Notes under the pieces: model-generated
Databases searched by the model: none
What the model was told of the DNA's origin: nothing
Seen by the model: only the letters and a program-made list of their open reading frames with translations
In this document: positions 56,161 to 64,000 of the stretch, one piece after another
Layout: every line of letters begins with the position of its first letter
How positions within the stretch are numbered: the stretch's first letter is position 1
Position numbers and translations under genes: made by a program
Assembly: GCA_002269645.1 (NCBI GenBank)
Contig: NIVC01001165.1
Span: forward strand, 344,261-408,260
Source: Macrostomum lignano
Taxonomy: Eukaryota
Direction: 5' to 3'
DNA: 64,000 nt

Positions 56161-56849
56161 GTGTGTCCAGAAATAGATCCATCCATAAAGCTGCTTTCAA
56201 TCTATAAAAATACATTTTCACCCCAGGTGCCCGGCAGCTTAGCACCCCACAGCTGGCTTAAACCGCCTGCCTAATCTGCCGTCTTCCCTCGGCAGTTGCC
56301 TGAAACTTCCACCTGAAAGCCGCATTGGAACAGAAAACGATTTTGGCGAAGAAAAATATAGTAATGGAACACGCATTCAGCCAGCCCAGAGAGGACTTTC
56401 GAGGCGGAGCTGATAATGGGACACGAACTGGGAAGGCCATCTTCCCGCTTCTTCCGCTTGCCTTCCCATTTTAACTCCCCACCTGAGCTACCCCTAAAGC
56501 TCGAGAGCATTATTGAATTCATCGAGCCGAGAGCGGGAGAAGGCGGGGTCGCTGTGAGAGTCACTTTTCTTTGCTGGCATCTCGAGGGTTGCTCACCAAT
56601 TCAATGGCAGAGGCATTTTCTGACAATCAATATTCACACAAAAAAGAGAGCTCACCATGATGAGGCGGCGCTTTCACAGCAGCTTCCGACACTCAGTGCT
56701 CGGCGAGAGAATGGCGCCTCTGGAAATGGGCAAAGGTTTCGAACGGACTTCTGTCAGATAATTTTGACTTGCTTCAGTAGACATGCTAAATGCGCACGAG
56801 TCACTCAGAATTTTTGCCATAAAAATTTCCAAAATTGCGACACATTTCT

Positions 56850-57722
56850 GAGCCACAACCGTATCAAAATGTGAAACATTTCTGGGTCACAACCGTATCA
56901 GAATGTGACACATTTCTGGGTCACAACCGCATCTGGATGTGACACATTTCTGGGTCACAACCGCATCTGGATGTGACACATTTCTGGGTCACAACCGCAT
57001 CTGGATGTTACCCATTTCTGAGCCACAAACGCATCAGGATGTGACACATTTCTGGGCCACAACCGCATCTGGATGTTACCCATTTCTGAGCCACAACCGC
57101 ATCAGAATGTGACACATTTCTGAGCCACAAACGCATCAGGATGTGACACATTTCTGGGTCACAACCGCATCTGGATGTTACCCATTTCTGAGCCACAACC
57201 GCATCTGGATGTGACACATTTCTGGGTCACAACCGCATCTGGATGTTACCCATTTCTGAGCCACAAACGCATCAGGATGTGACACATTTCTGAGCTACAA
57301 CCGCATCAGAATGTGACATTTCTGAGCCACAACTGCATCAGGATGTGACACATTTCTGAGCCACAACCGCATCAGGATGCGACACATTTCCGAGCCACAA
57401 CCGCGTCAGAATGTGACACATTTCTGGGCCACAACCGAGTCAGGATGTGACACATTTCTGAGCCACAACCGCATCAGGATGTGACCCATTTCTGATCCAC
57501 AACCGCGTCAGAATGTGACACATTTCTGAGCCACAACTGCATCAGGATGCGACACATTTCCGAGCCACAACCGAGTCAGGATGTGACACATTTCTGGGCC
57601 ACAACCGAGTCAGGATGTGACACATTTCTGAGCCACAAACGCATCAGGATGTGACCCATTTCTGAGCCACAACTGCATCAGGATGTGACATTTCCGAGCC
57701 AAAACCGCATCTGGATGTGACA
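56850..57722. repeat. 34-bp minisatellite GACACATTTCTG(G/A)G(T/C)CACAACCGCATC(T/A)GGATGT, about 25 copies
   Basis: Visible directly. Confidence 0.93.
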
Positions 57723-60700
57723 CACTTTGTTCCTCTAAAGTACTAGCATACGTACGCTCGTAACAAAAACCCCGAATAAGTTATTTGAAAACGCATGAGA
57801 ATACGCCTTCGCCATATTACGAGTAATTGTGCCCTTTATTATGTACTGGAGACAATATCTACATTTGATGCAGCCATTCACTGCAGACGCAAAAAGATCG
57901 CTCAAATTAGAACCTTCAACGCGCATCTGCAGCGATCTGTCAATTTCTGGCAACCCGGAAAACTTGGCCAACGCTAGTTGCGCTGACTGGAAGCCCAGCG
58001 CAAGCTGCGCAACTATCCAATTAACTGCAAGAAGATCCAAAAATCCCCATTCCTAGAAATCCCCTCGAACAAGAATCCCTGAGCCTGCGCAATTGAAGCG
58101 CCTCTGCTGCAGGATGCCGCCATCCAGAAAACGGCACCCAAGGGAATTTTGCAACAAACAGGCGATCGAACCTGGTGCTGCTGCCACTGTTCAACAAGAT
58201 TCTTCCTGATTCTTCCTGCGATTTCACGCACAAAATCCGCACGGGGGGGTTGCTTTGGGCTTAACAATGTAAACTTGAACTTGTGCGACTATTGGTGGCA
58301 GTCATTCATGTTCAACTAAGCGAGAAGTGCCTCGCGCTCCGACATGATCCGCGTGTTAAGCTGAAATGACACGGCCAGACAGGCTCAGAGCCGAATCGTC
58401 ACGCCTCAGAGGAAAGCCGATATGTGTGTTGTTGGGGAAGCCTCATCAAAGCGGTCGCCTCCATCTGTATTCTCTGCATTCTCCTCTCCCGCGTGGCCCC
58501 TTCAAAGAACGCATGAATGCCATCGACGGGCACTAATCTCTGTGAGAAAAGCCAGATTTCATTCATCCATTTGGGCGAATGATCTGGGCCAGAGAATCAG
58601 CCAGTGGTCAGTCTTTCACACGCCAACCTGCTGGTGCCTGTTGGGAATTATTGAAGCCAGAAGTGCTGCGCTGCTTCTGATCAGAAATGATCACAGTTGC
58701 AGAAGTCCGTCATGCGATGGGAGAAGGAAGATATGAAAATAATGAAAATAATGGCAGGCGAGACAGGATTGGGATGGGACTAAAATGACATGAAGTTGAA
58801 GTACAATGATATTTGGGGATGAGATAGCATTTACACCGAGATAGAAGAGCTGAGAACAAAGGAACAGATGTGACTAAGATGCAAAGCGGATGTGGAAGGC
58901 ACTGCGAAGTTTTATGAGCGGAGGAACAACAGACGCCTCTCGCCGCTGACTTTGCCAGCCATTTTTGCAGGGTGAGAGGCAATCAGCGCCTCGTGATGCA
59001 GCCTCTCCCCGTCATCGCCTCTCAGGTTGTGAAGTCAGGGAAATTCTGCAATACCCTATCCCTCAACTACGACGTATACGTAACCCAGTGCTGAAGACAA
59101 ACGTTCGTACGTACTGAATTGTACTTGTACTAAAACTGTCACCCAAACTGACTTTAGCCTAGCAAAAGTCAAACCTCACCCCGCCTGGACGGGAGCTACT
59201 ATAGCGTATATCGTGTTTATATATACTGCTGTTGGAAAGCCACTTCGTAGGCAAACAGAAAAGAATCTCTGAGTGTCATTTTCACAGCTTGTAGGGGAGG
59301 CAGAGTTTTACTGTTGATTAATTTATGTTGCACCTACGACTGCTCTGTGGTTGGTCGGCTTGAGCAATACAAGCTGGTGTGAGATTAGCTAGCATTGTGA
59401 GCTGGCTGACACACTGATCCTGACATCAGAATGGTCGTAAAGTTAATTATGATAAATCTAAGCGTTAACGCAGACACCTTAAAGTACATCAAGTACGTTT
59501 AAGTCTCACGCGCCAGCAAATTCTTTAGCTCGGAGACGGCCAGTCTGACTATCTCAAGCGAATCCTATTAATGCTTTGCTGCTATAATATGTTCACTAAT
59601 AAGTTCACGGGGTTCACTTCCATGCTCCAGTGGGCACTCCACTGTAATTAAGTCTTTTAGCTCTTTGTAGTCGGCCCAAACGCGAGACAGAAGTACATTT
59701 TTTATCTTCACAAAGCCTACGCGCCATAAAGGACCTCCTTCCTTGCAGTCTGTCAGATTGAAAAATTCCCAACCGGCATCGGGGTCAAAGACGGGAGGAC
59801 TCGGATTTGGAAATTCCCCCAATTTTCAAGTCTAGATTATTAGAAGATTAAGAATGGACGAAGAAATCTAGATAAGAAGAGCTGGGGACGAGAAAAGTGA
59901 AGGCAAAAAAGTGAAGGCAAAAAAGTCGCTTTTCTCGCCCAGGCAAAAAAGTGAATTTCCTAACAGGGACTTGGCGTGCGCCTCGACTTGGCAAGTCAGC
60001 AACTTTCCACGCGCCCGGATACAAATTGAATCCGAAAGGTTCTAATTGGAACTTCTGATTCTCCATACTGCCTTGTAGGCTCTGCAGGTTGCGTGCGCGC
60101 TCGCGAACGTCCACGCGCCTCTGTCGCTATGGATTTTTACGGCTCCCGAGCTGGCTGTATGAAACCGACTTGATTCAAAAAAAAATTTCCTGCTTTTTTT
60201 CCATTTGAGTTACGATGAAATTGAATTCATTGAATTTATTGTTAAACGGGCGAACGTGTCGCGACAGCACGCAGACGTTTTGGTTCTTCCAGCAGGTTTC
60301 TCGATTCTCGATGCTTTGCTATTCTTGTACACACTGCTGTTCAACAAGATAGTCCGGCCTTTATCATCGAGAGCTCAGTACTAATCTAATTCCCAGTCTC
60401 TCCTTTGCTATAATTATAGAGGCCCCGGCTCTTACTTATTGTGTTCTCAAATGTCTGCGTATCTTTCAAAAGAAAGAGTTGCGACAAGAAGCTTTAATCT
60501 TTACACTATCCAACGTCAATGGCGACTTTGTTGGAGAAAATTAGTTAGTAACCAAAGCTTGAGAACATGCGGTGCTTGACCACTCTTACCTCGTTTGAAT
60601 AGCATTCGGACAATGCCATCAAGGCGCTCAAGCCTCAGAGACGGCGGATCAAGGACTCCAGGAGGTTCTTTGGAACTCAACTCAACTCTCTGATGCAACG

Positions 60701-63057
60701 AGCCTGACGTTTAGCTTCTCGTGCTGCAGCTTATTCGGTTTTTATGTAATGCTCCCAGAGTTGAAAGGTCAAAGCGGGTCAAAGCAAAAAGCCTCGTTCC
60801 CGTCCGCGGATGAATTTCAACAGAAAAAATTAGCCGCTGTCCTCCAAGCAGACGTTTTTGCCTGCCAGCTGATCAAATTTTCTCTGGCTCAAGCAGACTG
60901 GACATGCAGCAGCACTGCACGCGCCAATTTACTGACATACACCAGCGGGACAGTTGCCAAAGCGCAGAGATGCCTTTCCGCTGGGCGTGCGTGAGCTGCC
61001 AGTCGTTAATAGACACGCAGGGAGTGGAGGGGAGCAAAGGGAGAAGAGGGTCAGAGGAGGGGACTGAGCAGCGGGGGCTGCACTGCCGCACTGTCGGAGG
61101 TTGCTTGGGGGGGAATCGACTGACAGGGGGGTTGAGGATTGGCTTCCCCACAAAGCCCACAATTGCCGATCCCACCCCCACCCCTGGTCCGCCGTTCCCG
61201 CGCAGCCAACCCCCACAAAATCTCCCCACACTCTCGCCTGCCATGCGGCCACACCCCGGGTCTGCCCACTTTGGGTAAATCGGGGTCGCGGCCGTTGGGA
61301 AGAGAGGGCTGGGGGGGGGGGAGGCGAGGCCAAGGGAGAGAAACTGTGTTCAATGCATGCATGGCTGGGGCGTATAAAAATATCCCATATCCCCGATACC
61401 AGGGGCGCGTCAGTGCGCAGGGGGGGGGGGCACAGCCTTGGTGGTATAGTGCACTGGGCGAATCAATACAGAGAGACTACTGGGGGCAGAGGTGGAGGGA
61501 GGCGGTCGGGCCTTCCAGGCCTGCAGGGACCAATAATCTGTGCGGTAATCCACCCAGCTGTGCGGCTAGAAACTAAGATAGAAATATTGAGGAATAAATA
61601 AAAATTGCAGGCGCTAATTATGTGTTAACCGATACTGTTTATTACATATATACTTAGCAGTCTATGCACCAGTGAGCAATCTCTCTTGGACAGTTCTGAA
61701 ATAAAAGATACGAGAAAACTGATCGTGGTAGCTTTAATCCGTCCAAACCTCGACTTAACCTGCGTCACTCGCAAAGATTGAGAGACTTTACCTGCACTCT
61801 CAAAAGTGGCGACAACAGCTACGGAATCTTCTCTGATGTTGCTGAGTACATGTATATATAATATAGCCAGGTCACAGGCTTGCCTGCAATGCAATCGCAT
61901 CCTAACCAGTCATGGATTCTTCCGGAGACACATCTCGTTGCAAACCGGTTGACCTCCCACCTGTCCTTTCTGTGGCATGCATGCAGGAGAGGAAACCGCG
62001 GAGCAGATCATGTCACCTTATGCCCTTACTTCATTAAGGCGTGGCACAAAACACCTCGGCCAACCCCCCCCCCCCGGATGGACGAGCTGACCATCCTCGG
62101 ACAACATCCGTGACCTTCTCGTGCCTTCGTCCGAGATACCGGCCGAGAGATGAGGGTCGACGATGTCTCCTCAATGAACCTGCTGACCACCAGGGTTAAG
62201 CACTGGTTTATTTTACTTTGGGGTTGCCTGCGCCCCCCGTCAGTACTACATGTAGTAGTAGCTAGTGCATGCAACCGCACGCGGCAAGTTGGATCTTTAC
62301 GCATGCATACACACGCACACACACACACACATATGAATGCAAATTTATGCCATTTTTAACCCCATGAACTCAACACAGCTCGATCCAGCGCTTATCATCA
62401 TCAGTATGCAAATTTGCGAGCTCAATTTGGCATGCTGAGCAGCCATATACAGTGTACCAAATGCATCTCGTTTGAGTTGACGACATTAGTATTCTATTGC
62501 AATCTCTAGAGCGTTATGGACATTCATTCAAACATAAAAACCTTAGAGATTTAGTATATTTGGATTACAGGCGGTAATAGCCATGTAATTTTTATATTGC
62601 ATGGAGACTTTCAGTTATTAAGGCTTGCGTATACACAGTATAGAAAGTGGAATGTGCAATGTCTCCTGATTGACATGTGTTGGACTATATATAATGAGCA
62701 AAACCAGCTGTTGAGGAGAGAACGTCTGAAAATTCGAGATCTTCAATAGCCAACATTGGAGAGTTTTTTAACAGGCAGTCAATCAACTGAGAATTTGAGC
62801 TGGCCTTCTTAAATGCAGAAAATTGCCTGTCAAAGCATGAGGCATATTCTTATTTTGCCTTGAATACTCGCACTTTTGAGTATAATATAAAACACGAGTA
62901 AAGGAAAAGCAGCCACTCAAGGTAAACCACGATTCCAGATATGATATTGGACAGAAATCGAAGAAGCCGTTCATCCAACCAACATATTTGAATTTATAAA
63001 ATCATTTGTGAGGTCCGCGAGTGTTCTCCATAGGCAATTAATTTTTACTTGCGGTTA

Positions 63058-63782
63058 TTTAGGTTTGGAGGCGATTATTGTTGTTTGGAGGCGATTATTG
63101 AGGTTTGGAGGCGATTATTGTTGTTTGGAGGCGATTATTGAGGTTTGGAGGCGATTATTGATGTTTGGGGGTGATAATTGAGGTTTGAAGGCGATTATTG
63201 AAGTTTGGGGCGATTATTGAGGTTTGGGGACAATAATTGATGTTTGGCGGCGGTTATTGAAGTTTGGGGCGATTTGAGGTTTGGGGACAATAATTGAGGT
63301 TTGGAGGCTCTTATTGAAGTTTGGGGGGCGATTATTAAGGTTTGGGGCGATTATTGAGGTTTGTGGGCGATTATTGTTGTTTGGAGGCGATTATTGAGGT
63401 TCGGAGGCGATAATTGAGGTTTGTGGGCGATTATTGTTGTTTGGAGGCTCTTATTGAAGTTTGGGGGGCGATTATTAAGGTTTGGGGCGATTATTGAGGT
63501 TTGTGGGCGATTATTGTTGTTTGGAGGCTCTTATTGAAGTTTGGGGGGCGATTATTAAGGTTTGGGGTGATTATTGAGGTTTGTGGGCGATTATTGTTGT
63601 TTGGAGGCGGTTATTGACGTTTGGAGGTGATTATTGAGGTTTGGAGGCGATTATTGAGGTTTGGAGGCGATTATATTAGGGTTTGGAGGCGGTTATTGAG
63701 GTTTGGGGCGATTATTAAGGTTTGGGGACGATTATTGTTGTTTGGAGGCGATTATTGAGGTTTGGAGGCGATTTGAGGTTTG
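63058..63782. repeat. 20-bp repeat GAGGTTTGGAGGCGATTATT, about 35 degenerate copies
   Basis: Visible directly. Confidence 0.92.
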
Positions 63783-64000
63783 GACACCATTCTTAAGACC
63801 TTAAATAAGATTTTAGGCCAGAAAGATATTCATGAACTAAAAGTGCTAATTAATCCATGTAACTAAATTGGAAGTGGGGTTCACGTAAATATTTATTTAT
63901 CTCGTAAATAACGACGTAACGACGTAAATAACGACACTCACATACTGCATGTACTCGTACATGTACATGATAGGTTTTGAAAGCGTTTAAGTTGCACAAT

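Noticed and set aside
58013-58267. Possible L27 domain fragment (VRSPVCCKI resembles LQSPLF)
   Set aside because: The similarity is limited to a few residues and the helical heptad pattern is missing.

Overview
This is eukaryotic (animal) genomic DNA. GC3-rich exons with Ala/Gln-rich linkers inside satellite-filled introns suggest a flatworm such as Macrostomum, but that assignment is inference only. The window is dominated by one minus-strand multi-PDZ scaffold gene (MPDZ/MUPP1-PATJ family). I assembled 24 GT-AG exons by hand from 44835 down to the stop at 2288. All splice phases are consistent, giving 6663 nt (about 2220 aa) and 12 PDZ domains that match MPDZ PDZ2-13 in order. No L27 or PDZ1 was recognised in the window. 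Candidate alternative first exons lie at 49148-49573 (perhaps with 50157-50355) and 14302-14382. The plus-strand start of the window holds the 3' end of an Rdx-family (MIEN1/SelW-like) gene converging on the PDZ gene. About 17 kb (roughly 27%) of the window is tandem repeat, in about 30 mostly unrelated arrays. Several arrays carry RNA-processing signals on the sense strand: GTGAGT donor copies, AATAAA copies and CTGAC branch-like copies. There is also a hAT-like MITE, two tRNA-derived fragments and a probable MULE transposase relic. No prokaryotic system or CRISPR array is present, and I cannot claim a new biological system. The most notable points are hypotheses about splicing and polyadenylation signals in the repeats and about alternative isoforms.
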